Notes: a model not told the origin generated them from the letters alone. A DNA stretch of 64,000 nt from an uncultured Nitrososphaerales archaeon (GCA_963695855.1 CAVOHZ010000003.1:384001-448000); one strand, 5' to 3'; positions 44,245 through 56,097 are shown, numbered from the stretch's first letter. Program-made: numbers and translations.

Positions 44245-45130
44245 ATCAAGAAAAAGTAACCTTGTAAATATATTTGTTAGAACTTTTTACACGCTCTATC
44301 AGATCTTTGGCATAATTAGAAGGCTTAAATCTAATCCCCTTCTCTGCCACAATTCTTTATAGATTTGCTTAATTATCATAGATAATTTGTAAAGCCATTA
44401 TCGTTTTGGCCATTTAATGAACTGGAATTATCTGATTTTGATTCTTTTTCTGCGAAAGACAATCAGAATTCACAAAATACAGTATAAGACGTTTATCCAA
44501 AAGAGAAAAAAGGACAATAAGTGAACAAGATGGAACACATTTTAAACATTCAGTAAAAGACAGATTTCTCATGCATCTTATTTATTACAAATCAGATTAT
44601 ACAATAAGTAACTAATTCATTATTAGGATTTTTCTTGTAATATGAAGGCGATGTATATAGAGAATATACAATAACTTAAAGATCTAGTAAAAGGCTGTAT
44701 TCAGCTACCTCAAAGATTCTACCATCTTACAAGTAGAAAATTGCCCTCTTCTATTTTTCTTTCGAGTATAAAACTAATGTATAAGGTGTTTTTTGGGATT
44801 TGATTGAGATTGTTCACAGATGTGCAATTAACATCAAACATCCGTAACTGTAGAAATGTCGATAAGATTTGGTCTAAATTTCAAATTGTAAATTACTTGA
44901 TTCTATGGTCGTTGAAAGGAAGCGATATTTCAGAGAACAGTGCGTTAAATCTTATATTTGTATTGAGATCAAGGAACTTCGTCTCCCATATAGATAGGAT
45001 CAGAAATTAATATTACAATTTTAAATCTAATATCGGATCATACAAATTAAAAATTTAGTTTTGAATATCAACAATTAAAGACTTGAATGATGGTACATCA
45101 TTTAAGTAAAACTAATATTCTATTTTTGTT

Positions 45131-45991
45131 ATGAATCGTGAGAAAAGGGTTGCAATTATTACAGGTAGTTCAACCGGTATAGGCTATGAGACTTCCCTGT
45201 ATATGGCAAGAAATGGCTTTAAGACCTATGCAACTATGAGGAATTTAGATAAAGCCAAAGGATTAACGGAAATCAAAGATAACGAAAAACTTCCCATTGA
45301 GATAATCAAGTTAGATGTGGATAGTGACGAATCCGTACACGAATCAATAAAAAAGATTATAGATCAAGATGACAGAATCGATGTATTAGTGAACAATGCA
45401 GGCTATGATGTAGCAGGGGCCATTGAAGAACTCACATTAACAGAATTCAAAGCACAGTTTGAAACTAACTTTTTTGGGGTTATAAGAGTTATCAAGGAAG
45501 TGGTTCCCATTATGCGAAAACAAAATCACGGTACTATAGTAAATGTTAGTTCAATAGGAGGAAAGGTGGGCGTTCCACTTAATTCTGCATATATTGCAAG
45601 TAAATTTGCATTGGAAGGATTGTCAGATTCTATAAGATTTGAATTGCAAGAATTTGGCATAAATATCATTCTTATAGAGCCTGGAGTGGTGAGATCAAAT
45701 TTTTTCGAAAATGTCAGCATGGCAACAAATGCTTCACCCCATTCACCATATTACCAATTAACTCAAAAGGTTTTCAGTGGATTTGTACCTCTAATGGGAG
45801 AGACATCATCATCTCCAAAACAAGTTGCTGAAACTATCTTAGAGGCAGTTACAACAAATAATCCACAAATAAGATATGTTGTAGGAAAAGACGCTATTTC
45901 CATACTTGAAAACAGGAAAAAGTTATCTGATAGAGATTTTGAAAAATGGATGATTGAGAGCCTCGTTGATCAAAAGGGATTTGTAAGATAA
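45131..45991 (+). CDS. short-chain dehydrogenase/reductase (SDR)
   Basis: TGSSTGIG, NNAG, VSS, YIASK catalytic motif, IEPG. Confidence 0.96.
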   Translation: MNREKRVAIITGSSTGIGYETSLYMARNGFKTYATMRNLDKAKGLTEIKDNEKLPIEIIKLDVDSDESVHESIKKIIDQDDRIDVLVNNAGYDVAGAIEELTLTEFKAQFETNFFGVIRVIKEVVPIMRKQNHGTIVNVSSIGGKVGVPLNSAYIASKFALEGLSDSIRFELQEFGINIILIEPGVVRSNFFENVSMATNASPHSPYYQLTQKVFSGFVPLMGETSSSPKQVAETILEAVTTNNPQIRYVVGKDAISILENRKKLSDRDFEKWMIESLVDQKGFVR

Positions 45992-46116
45992 TTTCAACAA
46001 TCATTTTTAATACTATGTTACATTACTCCAGGTAAATTTAATATTGAAACGGAGTTTACCCAAAGTATAACCATAAAAATAAGATATTTAATTGCTGAGG
46101 CATAAATAAGATTACA

Positions 46117-46362
46117 ATGGAAGAAAAATCCTTTTTTCAGGTTTTGGACGAACGTAGGTCTGTAAGAAGTTTCAATAATACAGAAGTAGACAAGGCAATT
46201 ATAAAAAAAGCATAGAAGTATGCGATTTGTCTCAATCAGCAGGGGGCTTACAAAATTTTGAAATTTATTATGTTGACAATATAAGGGTTAAAAAATAGAT
46301 TGTCAAAGCAGCGATGGATCAGGAGTTTATGGTAGAAGCACCCATTTTGTTAATTATTATAG
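46117..46362 (+). pseudogene. nitroreductase family remnant
   Basis: MEEKSFFQVLDERRSVRSF, frameshift, then SAGGLQNFEI, a stop, and QEFMVEAP. Confidence 0.7.
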
Positions 46363-46596
46363 ATTAGACAAGGTTTCAAAATTTTTCCATTGCCTTCCAT
46401 TTTTGGGTAAAAATATACACAATAACCCACCTTTAAGATTTTCTCTTGGAAACTACATTTATGGGATTATCAGAAATGTGAATATTCCTTTCTAATTTTT
46501 TCCTAATTAACATGATTACATGGCATATGGCATAATTGTTATAAGGTCCAACTGCTCATAACTTATTTATTACGATTAAAAAAAATTAACAAACAA

Positions 46597-46992
46597 ATGG
46601 TAGTAAATAGTGAATTTCTTGGTACTTTTGTTAAAAATATATTGAATGCTGACAAGTCAATCAGATGGATTGGTATAACAGATAAAAATGGCGTTTTTAT
46701 AAATGAAAGATATCAAGATGGGATAAGACCGCTGCTTAGCAAAGAAGAGAACCAAGAATCCGCAGTCAATGCAATTAACAGACATAGAACAAGATTAAAA
46801 TTTGAAGCAAAGATCGGTAAATTAACGTATGCATTTGGAAAATATGAAAATTTATCTAGATCTATAATTCCACTAAGTGAAAATTATTATTTACTTGTAA
46901 CTATTGATTCTGAGGAATCTAACTATGATAAAATAATAATGGAAAAAATTATTCCTATAGTTCAAAAAGAAATAGAGAGATTTATCGTTTAA
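46597..46992 (+). CDS. thaumarchaeal roadblock/profilin-like protein (DUF6659-like)
   Basis: ILNADKSIRWIGI...GIRPLLSKEE...KIGKLTYA...YE pattern, recalled rather than searched. Confidence 0.65.
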   Translation: MVVNSEFLGTFVKNILNADKSIRWIGITDKNGVFINERYQDGIRPLLSKEENQESAVNAINRHRTRLKFEAKIGKLTYAFGKYENLSRSIIPLSENYYLLVTIDSEESNYDKIIMEKIIPIVQKEIERFIV

Positions 46993-47262
46993 TAAAATAC
47001 GGTTAATCCATTAATAATTAGGAAATATTTTTATGAACCGCAAATTATCAAAAAAGATAGCATCACTAAAAACAAGAAATAAGATGCTGGTTTTGGTCAT
47101 ATGATAGATCTAGTATGAGAATGTGATGAAACAAAAAAATGACTAAAGATGTCTCAGAATTGAGTATTAAAGATGAAATTGAAATTTCTATGAAAGGTAT
47201 TGTAAAATTATTGATAAATCGTATAATAACAGTGCTAAAAAATGATTTAAAATATAACCTTA

Positions 47263-47697
47263 ATGCCCAATCCATTGGAGGCTGCATTAAAGTATCAGTA
47301 TCAATTTTATTTTAGCAAGCCTAGAAGCATAAAGGAAATCATGCAGTTTATAGCAGTAGAATCTTGGCTTTATGACAGTGTTCCAATAATTGGTAAGGTA
47401 TTTGAGCAAATCATCAACGATGTTTACAAGGAGAATCTTTTGATTCAAAATAAAATGATGCTTGGAAAAGACCTACTTGGTCTCAAAAAAATTACCATGC
47501 CTGTATTGAACATAGTTGGAACCAGAGATGATCTGGTATCGGCAGAGTCTAGCAGAACAACCACTGATGTGATTTCAAGTAAATACAAAAAAACATTGGA
47601 ATTTCCAACTTGACATGTTGGATTGTGCATTAGCCGTAGTGCATACAAATACCTTTGGCCAGAGGTCGGAAAATGGCTCACAGAGCATTCTATATGA
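47263..47697 (+). pseudogene. phaC: C-terminal remnant of class III PHA synthase
   Basis: ESWLYDS, YKENLLI, ITMPVLNIVGTRDDLV, FPT*HVG (TGA replaces Gly before the catalytic His), LWPEVGKWL. N-terminal half with the catalytic Cys is missing. Confidence 0.8.
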
Positions 47698-48027
47698 AAA
47701 AGCATCCATAGAATTTAAAACTGGAATAGACATCATATTTTGAAATAAATTCTAACTCGATTTGAAGATCCAATTCTAAAGCGAGCTTAAATAGAAATGA
47801 CATGTCCAAAAAAAGGTAATGTACGACGATTCAAATTAATCCTAAATCTGCCATGCAGTTTAGTATAATGCCTATATGTTTAAGAAATAATAAAAATTGC
47901 TGTACTTAAAGGCAGGTAACAGATTTACTTACCAATATGTATATTCGTAAAAAATACTAGCTACAAAAAGTTTTATCTATATTATATATCTTAAACTGTT
48001 ATAAACTATCATGCCTTAACTTTTTTA

Positions 48028-48528
48028 ATGAAAATAGTTCTAGCAATTACAACAACCTTGACTTTCCTTCTAGCAATGGGTATTGTTGGTATCAACAATA
48101 ATAATAATAGTAATACATGGAATGCGTTTGCTCAAGTAGATCCAGAAAATCCTCCGATGATGGATGAGAGTACTGCGATGACAATGCCTAATCAATCTGA
48201 ACCGACCAAGATGATGAACTGGACGGGAACAGTAGAGGTAGAGTCCACTATAGTGGAAGCATTCAAATCTAAAGTAAAAGTTGACATTATTGAAGCTATA
48301 AAAGCAGCCCAAGGAAGTGTGGGATTAAATTCTACTGTGAAGGAAGCGGAGTTAACACATGCACATAACTATCTTATCTACAAGGTCAAAGTCATAGACG
48401 AGGACATGAAAGAGTATAAAGTCATAGTAGATCCTGGAGATGGAAAAGTTTTGCTGAAAAAGGAAATTACATGGTATGATGAACACAATATGAACTACTG
48501 TGAAGACAAGGGCGAAAAGTACGGATAA
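48028..48528 (+). CDS. secreted PepSY-domain protein
   Basis: Signal peptide; IIEAIKAA...VKEAEL...YKV...VIVDPGDGKVL. Confidence 0.8.
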   Translation: MKIVLAITTTLTFLLAMGIVGINNNNNSNTWNAFAQVDPENPPMMDESTAMTMPNQSEPTKMMNWTGTVEVESTIVEAFKSKVKVDIIEAIKAAQGSVGLNSTVKEAELTHAHNYLIYKVKVIDEDMKEYKVIVDPGDGKVLLKKEITWYDEHNMNYCEDKGEKYG

Positions 48529-49189
48529 GAATATAATCCGATGAAAGATAAGAAATATTAGGCAATATAATAGAGTTTATTCAACATTCTTTTTCTTTTT
48601 TTTTAAAAAACAGTACTTTATCCCAGGTAATATTTCTATCCCTAGAGAAATAGATTAATTAACCAATTAAATCAACACAAAAAAGAAAAATAAATTTCGG
48701 TTTTATTATCCCTATTTTAATAGCTCAACTAATCCCAAACTTGCCGAGTATTTTACAATTATCTATATATCCCAATAGGAATGTGTTCTCCATCGAATAA
48801 AGCTTAAGTTCCTCTATTCTTTTTCGTTAGTAGCTTGTTTATCAAATCCGTTAAGTGTTAGCTGCCTTCCTCAATATGGAGCCACTCAAACATTAGAACT
48901 TAACTTGTTACTGGACTTAAATTATAAAAAATATACTATCATAACGTCATATTGAAAAAATCTTTAAGAATTAATTAATTGTGTCTATATATAATATATA
49001 ATTTTATTTGGTTTTACTCTACATTGCAGTAAAAACAACAACAAAAACTAGTGCAATCTTAGCGCGCGTAATTGAACTCATTTTGTATACACATTTAGTG
49101 TCCTTAATATAGTCATCGGGTTAGATAAAAATGGTATGTAAATAGAGGTATCTAAATATATCGTCTGGATTTACAATGCAGATGGCCAT

Positions 49190-50149
49190 TTATGTAACAA
49201 TATTATTTAAGGGAGAGATAAAGAGTACTCCCCAAGTTGTTGATTTGAATTTTACTGGTGCGTATACAATTAACATATCTTTATTGCTAATATTTTCAAT
49301 CTTGTATCCAGATATGCCAGCTATAACATCTTTAAAGGATAAAAGAGAAGAGATATCACCTGATTGATTTTGATTATTAACATATGACGAATGCGACGAA
49401 CTGGCGATAACTTGGCCATTGTTATCTACGTATATTGCAGTTTCATTTTCTGATAGGGGAAGAGATTGTAATGATTTGTTAAATGTAGAAATGTCCTGAT
49501 CACCAGCAAATAATCCTATCAAATTCTCAGTATTGTTATCCCTATTACTGACATTAGCAGAATATAATGGTATAGCAATATTCACTTGGGGAAGGCCAGA
49601 AGAGGCAGATATGAGTACATTTCCAAGATAGGTATCGCCAGTCAAAACGGCTCCCTTGTAATAATCTCTAAATGCAAAGTTATCTCTAGTGAGGATATCC
49701 TGTGCCGAATAAGGCTCTTCAAAGTACATATCTCCATTTGGCATTATATAGAAAATTCGTCCAAAATCCTCATCTATAGATAATATATTTTGTGCTACTT
49801 GTCTTTTTGACATATCTGCATCTTTTGGAATGCCATGGAAAGAGGGATCTATTAAACTCGCATTAGGTAGAGTCCTCATTTGCGCAAGCTGGCTTGCTAT
49901 TTCTAATATTGCAACTGATTTATTGAGCTTAGTTTCTAAGTGATTTGCTAAAAGTTGAACTATGATATTTTTATCATGAATTGATAATTGAGTATGATTG
50001 CTTTGTAATAGAGAATCATTATTTATTGATATTTCTTCTTGTGCAATTAGCCTTTCAAATATCCTATCATCTTGAATATTAAGAAAGATAAATGTTCCTA
50101 TGATAATAAGAATTACAACAGAGCCTATTCTACTATTTAGAATTCTCAT
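49190..50149 (-). CDS. stand-alone Cache-domain protein
   Basis: N-terminal TM; NFAFRDYYKGA, IAIPLY, YVDNNGQVIA, YAPV...WGV; ends without a second TM or kinase. Confidence 0.85.
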   Translation of the reverse strand: MRILNSRIGSVVILIIIGTFIFLNIQDDRIFERLIAQEEISINNDSLLQSNHTQLSIHDKNIIVQLLANHLETKLNKSVAILEIASQLAQMRTLPNASLIDPSFHGIPKDADMSKRQVAQNILSIDEDFGRIFYIMPNGDMYFEEPYSAQDILTRDNFAFRDYYKGAVLTGDTYLGNVLISASSGLPQVNIAIPLYSANVSNRDNNTENLIGLFAGDQDISTFNKSLQSLPLSENETAIYVDNNGQVIASSSHSSYVNNQNQSGDISSLLSFKDVIAGISGYKIENISNKDMLIVYAPVKFKSTTWGVLFISPLNNIVT

Positions 50150-50679
50150 TAATGGATATAAATCTAGCCATCTTAAATAATTTTTTAATGCAAAGAAAAT
50201 ATTATTAAAGCCAAAATAATATGCATTCGTTCTTTGACCAGGTACACAATTGAACTCCCTGTTTATTAAATTTTACTTCTTTCAATTTTATGTTACATTT
50301 ATATGCTCTTAAATAAACAAAAAAATTTTACTATTAATTAAAATTCGTATAAATTTTTTTTTGATTGGAATATTTCTAAAAGAAAATATTTACAATCTGG
50401 CATAGCCAAGCTATAAAGATGTTAAAAAATAAGTTCTATATTTATTTATACACAGCATATCAACTATCAATAAGTTTCAAAACTTTTAATACTTAGGCTG
50501 CATTCGCTGAAGTCGATTGTTTAGTGTAAGGCTGTACCATTGTCTCATTTTTAGCTTTTATTATTTAGAAATTTATTTAAATTATATAAATATAAAAAAT
50601 AAAGATTCGTTAAGAAATCAAAACAATATTTGAAAAATGCTGTTATATAGGATTAACAGAGATTATTACTGAGGGAGTA

Positions 50680-50990
50680 CTATCATCAAAGTTTACCACA
50701 TACATTCTCTCATATACTGGGTCATAAGGTACACAAACTGTATTACCTCCCAATCCAGTTATAGCATACTGTTACTTTACATCTTGGTTGTGGAGCACCA
50801 ACTTTTGTCTGACCGTTCTCATTCTAACTGATAGATATGTTTACCAAGTTCTTTTTGAAGTTTATTCTATCCCCAAGACCGTAGGCATTTTGAGTATTTG
50901 GTGCTGCCTGCTCATTTGCTGCTTATGCTGCTCCCAACTTATCACTAGGTCCTAAGGTATCTCCGCAATATCTATTCCTTTATTAGTATC
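50680..50990 (-). pseudogene. decayed copy of the lineage-specific family also at 59810-60630
   Basis: Fragments GIDIAEIP, AANEQAAPNTQN, GLGDRINFKKNLVNI match GIDITEIP, AANE, KINFNKNLVNICVN near 60430-60600. Confidence 0.5.
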
Positions 50991-51272
50991 TTCAGGTGCC
51001 GTACATCCTTCTTAATCTTTTTACATTTCATAAAAATAAAATGGCTGGAATCGGGAGCTATTTTTTATCATGTTTTTTTATCAAATCTAGGATACTTTTT
51101 GTCCCTTCATCGAGATCACATTATAATCGGGCGCGGTTCAAATCATTGGGAAAGTCTCATTGGCTTGTAAATTTAGATTTCATAATTTGTAAGACTAAAA
51201 AACTGACTATTAGATGAAGTGCTAGGTTAATGTATATAACTTAGTATTCACAAATTATATGTATATCATATC

Positions 51273-51821
51273 GTGAAATCATTTGTAGAAGATAGCAATA
51301 CTAAGGTAGAAGAGATAATGTCTACGAATGTTGTTTCTTTAGATATATCAAAAATAGCATCTCACGCAGCGGATTTGATGACCGAGAAAAAAATAGGAAG
51401 TATTGTTATAACTAAAAATAACAAACGGTTTGGAATAATTACCGAACGAGATCTTGTAAGAAGATATGCTCGTGATAAACCTCTTGGTGATTTGGCTTCC
51501 CATCCACTCATTACAGCAAACCTCAGTACAACAGTTGAAAAAGTAGCAAAAATCATGTTAAAAAATGGAATCAGAAAGATTCCAATTGTCGACCAAAATA
51601 ATGATTTAGTAGGCATGATAACAACAACTGACTTGGTAATGTTTCTTTTGCCTAAAATAAAATCAGATTTGGCTTCTTCCATATTGCGAACGGCCACTAG
51701 AGGAAAGGGACCTACATGTGACTCATGTGGTAGCTCCATTGAAATACAGTGGTGTGATAGTTGTGGTAGATTTATGTGTCTAAGTTGCGAAGACGCGCTG
51801 CATACTGTAGATTTACCCTAA
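51273..51821 (+). CDS. CBS-pair protein with C-terminal Cys/His zinc finger
   Basis: Two CBS motifs (GIITERDL, GMITTTDL); C-terminal CDSC..CDSC..CLSC..H. Confidence 0.9.
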   Translation: MKSFVEDSNTKVEEIMSTNVVSLDISKIASHAADLMTEKKIGSIVITKNNKRFGIITERDLVRRYARDKPLGDLASHPLITANLSTTVEKVAKIMLKNGIRKIPIVDQNNDLVGMITTTDLVMFLLPKIKSDLASSILRTATRGKGPTCDSCGSSIEIQWCDSCGRFMCLSCEDALHTVDLP

Positions 51822-52352
51822 TATAACTATATTAAGACACATGTAATGATTATTTGATGTTTTAGTAGTAAAATCATTTAACTAATAAAATCAAAGAGAG
51901 GTATAAAAAATTTTTGTATAGTAAAAAGACATCGTCTATTACCAGAATTCATATGAGTATTCTGCCTTTTTATTCTGACTAATATCGATAGGCGTGAAAA
52001 AATAACACTCTAATTGTCTAGTAAACGAATTTAAAAGCTTAAACTTTTACAGTCCAGAAATGAAAGACATAGATTCTAAATCTCACATCGATATTATGGA
52101 ACTGGTAATTATTCTAAATTTGATAGGTTGAAATATAAAAGGATAAGACAATTTTATATTAAAAATTTTTTAATAAAAAAAAATACTTTGTAAATTTAGA
52201 TTAAATTACAAAGATGATTTTATAAATTACAGAATTTGAATCCGGATCGGTTGTGGGACTATTTAAAGATATGAGAGTGATCTTTAAATGCTATAATATA
52301 ATTTAAAAAAATAGACATAAAAGATTAATTATACCAATTAAGATAAATATGC

Positions 52353-52894
52353 TTACTCACCTCCAACCAGGTAATTTCTCATATTCAGATTGAATCTTTT
52401 TGTTCTAAAATATGTAGATATTTTGATTATGAAATCTGTAAATGACCGATAGTATTGTAGGACAAGCAGATGGTTTTTGGCTATATTCCAGCATTCTTCC
52501 AGTACCATAAATTCTGGAGATGCTGTTGGAAGATATACTGGAATCAGATCCTTTTTGTGTTTGTCAAAATATTGCAGTACCTTTTTTGATTTATAGTGTT
52601 GTTTTGCTTTATCCAGAAATATATAACATTTTGGAAATTTCCTGTGTATCTGTTTTAGATAATTAAGAAATGTATTTTCATCAAACCAGTCATATTGCCT
52701 GAACAGTTGTTTTCCTTCTAAACTTGTGGCACCAAATAGAACTGACGCCTGATGAGATCCATTAATTCTCACTACTGGTCTTTCATCTTTTCTTATCCAG
52801 ACTCTTCTTACAAGAGAGTCAAAGAAAAAGAATGATTCATCAGTAGATACTACTGTAAATCCTTCTTGGAGATTATCCAGTATCTTTCTTGCTC
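52353..52894 (-). CDS. IS630 transposase orfB (DDE), reached by -1 frameshift
   Basis: Frame open from AAAAAAG (52900-52894): STDESFFF...FLDKAKQH...YLPTASPEFMVLEECW. The ORF track gives only 52353..52772. Confidence 0.88.
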
Positions 52895-53359
52895 TTTTTT
52901 AAAACCTTCTTTCTCTTCTTTTGGTGCAGTGTTTACATGTACTTTTCTAGGTACTTTCTGTTTGAATCCCCATCTGCGAAGTAAGGTGTAGATGTAAATA
53001 TGATGGTAGTGTATACCGCTATCTCTGACTATGATATCATAAACCTGTTTTGTAGTCCATCCCTGTTTGCTAGACGACAGTTTATTTTTTATCTTGTATA
53101 CTGTCTCTTCTGGTATATCTGGTGGTCTACCACTTTTTGATCTGTTTTTTAATCCTTCTATACCTTCTTCCCTGTACCTCTTTAACCAATCAGAAGCCCA
53201 TGTTCTGCTTCTGTGGAGATCTCTTGCAACCTGTGCAGGAATATGTTTGTCATATACTACGTTTAACACAAGCAACATTCTTTCCTTTACACCTGCATCA
53301 GATTCTCGTTTATACAGTTGCTCAAATCTTGTTCTAGAAAGATTGTTGCTCTCAATCAA
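52850..53359 (-). CDS. IS630 transposase orfA (HTH)
   Basis: VARDLHRSRTWASDWLKRY, KSGRPP; homologous to 17567..18019. Confidence 0.9.
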   Translation of the reverse strand: MIESNNLSRTRFEQLYKRESDAGVKERMLLVLNVVYDKHIPAQVARDLHRSRTWASDWLKRYREEGIEGLKNRSKSGRPPDIPEETVYKIKNKLSSSKQGWTTKQVYDIIVRDSGIHYHHIYIYTLLRRWGFKQKVPRKVHVNTAPKEEKEGFKKEQERYWIISKKDLQ

Positions 53360-53744
53360 ATGGATAAACTGTATGCTTCCTTTCTTAGCTAAATCTATTA
53401 TTGTCTAAAGTGTATGACCATGATGTTAAATTAATGTCAGCATAATTATATTAATTGGTATAATTAAATAATTTAGGTTTAAAAAAAATACTATATGAAA
53501 TTAGATTGAATTATACTACTTGGTTGATGCCATAGTATAACAATTCATTTTATCTTAAACACTCATCCAAGATTTCATATCAAATTACAACAAAAAATGG
53601 TCTTTCTGACGATCTATATGACATCTCTAAAAGTATAGGATATTAATACAAATATGTAATTGGAAAGCAAGTGTAACACGCATGTTGAAAGAAATGCATA
53701 ATTACCAGGTCAAATATTATATAATTCTAATTGTAATTTGAAGT

Positions 53745-54035
53745 ATGGGAAAACGATTAATAGCACAGCATGTTTGTTGCAAAGAGGAAACTGATAAAAG
53801 GGGGTCAGATGATATCTATATTTTCAATTTTCGAGGTAACACGATTACTACATTTGATACTAATATTATCGTTCATGGTCCAGGAGAAATTCGGGACATC
53901 TTTGATAGTAATGATGATTGGTCACAAGATATTCCAATATCTAAGTCCATTCCATCTTCAGTGTATCTTGTCCAATTCAATAGTAAAAAAAATGTCATGA
54001 ATACTAAGAACACAAATATTTCAAACTACATGTGA
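53745..54035 (+). CDS. hypothetical protein, possibly a fragment
   Basis: 96-aa ATG ORF (CKEETDKRGSDDIY). Confidence 0.4.
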   Translation: MGKRLIAQHVCCKEETDKRGSDDIYIFNFRGNTITTFDTNIIVHGPGEIRDIFDSNDDWSQDIPISKSIPSSVYLVQFNSKKNVMNTKNTNISNYM

Positions 54036-54071
54036 TTCTAGGCATTGGCAGATTATAATGGAGATGCGTAG

Positions 54072-55619
54072 TTGGATATATTACTAAAAAGTAAAGGTTA
54101 TCAAAATAAAAAACTACCGTTACTTTTACTTCCTTTAATTTTAAGTGCAGTTATCAACACCTGGAATATAACAGGTTTTCCTAATTTACACGTTGATGAA
54201 GGATATTACATGTGGAAAACAATGTCTATACTTCAGGGTCAAGGTCTCCTAACATCAGATAGCTATTTGGATAGATATTTTGCTCCTTATTTTGGTCCGA
54301 TATTTTTAGCAGGTCTTCTTGGAATGATAGGATATCCTGATATAGTTAATCCAACTCTTGATACTGCTTCGATAGAATCACTTTATTTAATCCCACGATT
54401 AATTATGAGTATTTTTGCAATCTTAGATACTTTTCTTATCTTTAAAATAGCTGAAAAAAGATATGACATAAAAATAGCATTTATAGCAGCGGTTCTTTTT
54501 GCTGTAATGCCATACGAATGGTTACTTAAGAGAATATTTCTGGAAACAATCCAGTTGCCTCTGCTCTTGACGTCAATATTGCTAGTACTCTATCTGAAAA
54601 AGATCCCAGATGAAACAAAAAATACCAAAGCTGAAATAAAAAATACTATTTTGATTCTATTTTCAGGTGCTCTATTAGGTTTGGCTATATTTACAAAAAT
54701 CCCTATTTTTGCAATGATTCCACTAATAGGATATCTTATTTATGCAAATACCAATAAAAAAAATAAATTTAAGAGTCTTGGATTGTGGCTTATTCCAGTC
54801 ATTTTAATTCCTATGTTATGGCCTGCTTTTGCTTTTTCTATAGGCGAATTTGATAAGTGGATTGAAGATGTCTTACAACAAACTCAACGAGAGAGTAAAC
54901 CACTTGTTAATACACTTACAACATACCTTGAAAATGATCCCGCAATGTTTTTGTTGGGATTAGCAGGAATAGTGAATGCAGCTATTAGACGAGATTATTT
55001 TATATTGTTATTTAGTCTTCCTTTCATCTTATTTTTATACTGGATTGGTTATGTATCAACTTTTCATATAATACCTCTTTTTCCGGTATTTGCAATTGGT
55101 GGTGCCAAAATGATAATTGATTTAACAAATTTAGTACCAAATCTAAAATTTTGTAAAACTATCCCATATGTTATTTTATCTGCTATTGCTGTATTTTGTC
55201 TCATCTCTACATTTCTTTTGATCTCGATTGATACAAACTCTGTAGTATTTCAAACACATTTAGCTGTAATCCAGGAGTTACAAAAGACTAATGGAACTAT
55301 TACTCTTGTTGGAAATGCACTTTATTTATGGATGCCACACTATATTTTTGATCTACCTTATAAAACTGCAAGTTTCGATTCGACTAATCCTCTAGATAGT
55401 GAACATTTCATCCTAATAGCTGATCCCAGATATAAAGCGATCATAAAAGAAAACAGTCCTCGAGGAATTTTTCATAAAGACCTGTTTCTACAATCTCAAA
55501 TAATTGAAACAATCAAACCGGATCATCCAATTAAAAAATACAAGCTCAATATTTATCCATATACAAATTTAAGACAATCATCAATAGTAAGAGATGTAGA
55601 AATACGATCTAACTACTAA
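54072..55619 (+). CDS. GT-C fold glycosyltransferase (family 39 / ArnT-PMT-like)
   Basis: HVDEGYY in first loop, many TM helices, GLAIFTKIP. Confidence 0.88.
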   Translation: MDILLKSKGYQNKKLPLLLLPLILSAVINTWNITGFPNLHVDEGYYMWKTMSILQGQGLLTSDSYLDRYFAPYFGPIFLAGLLGMIGYPDIVNPTLDTASIESLYLIPRLIMSIFAILDTFLIFKIAEKRYDIKIAFIAAVLFAVMPYEWLLKRIFLETIQLPLLLTSILLVLYLKKIPDETKNTKAEIKNTILILFSGALLGLAIFTKIPIFAMIPLIGYLIYANTNKKNKFKSLGLWLIPVILIPMLWPAFAFSIGEFDKWIEDVLQQTQRESKPLVNTLTTYLENDPAMFLLGLAGIVNAAIRRDYFILLFSLPFILFLYWIGYVSTFHIIPLFPVFAIGGAKMIIDLTNLVPNLKFCKTIPYVILSAIAVFCLISTFLLISIDTNSVVFQTHLAVIQELQKTNGTITLVGNALYLWMPHYIFDLPYKTASFDSTNPLDSEHFILIADPRYKAIIKENSPRGIFHKDLFLQSQIIETIKPDHPIKKYKLNIYPYTNLRQSSIVRDVEIRSNY

Positions 55620-55748
55620 CTGTTTTGAGTTTAAGTCAATTTTTTTGTTATCCTGTTATATGGTTAGGTACAAAGTGAAATCCTAGGAGTGCAATAAATA
55701 ACTAAAAATATTCATTTCAACTTTTTTTCTTATCATTATAATCATAAA

Positions 55749-55958
55749 ATGGCTAGGTCCGTACCATTAGATAGTAGATTTTCAAAGTTGACTGAAGTTG
55801 ATAAACCTCAACACTCTATGATTCTACCTGAAAGTACGTATCAAAGGTTAAAGAGGAATAGTCAAATGTACTGAGATTCAGAAAGTTATGATGATATGCT
55901 GATTAAGTTAATGCAATTTTATGAAGAACATAAAAAATACGATTTCATTATTAGCTAG
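55749..55958 (+). pseudogene. small ribbon-helix-helix-like DNA-binding protein with in-frame TGA
   Basis: MARSVPLDSRFSK...SMILPESTYQRLKRNSQMY*DSESYDDMLIKLMQFYEEHKK; TGA at 55872. Confidence 0.5.
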
Positions 55959-56097
55959 AAAAAGATAAAAAATAAAGTTCCATAATAAAATCAATAATGT
56001 TCTAGAACATTTATCACCCTATATTTAACTAGATCGATAGCCTGTATATTGTAAGGTGTAAGATGTATGTTAGAAATGATAGGTAAGAGGACGATAT

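Larger units (their letters stand above)
52330..53462 (-). mobile_element. IS630-family insertion sequence
   Basis: 27-bp TIRs TATACCAATTAAGATAAATATGCTTAC vs revcomp TATACCAATTAATATAATTATGCTGAC, including terminal TA. Confidence 0.93.
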
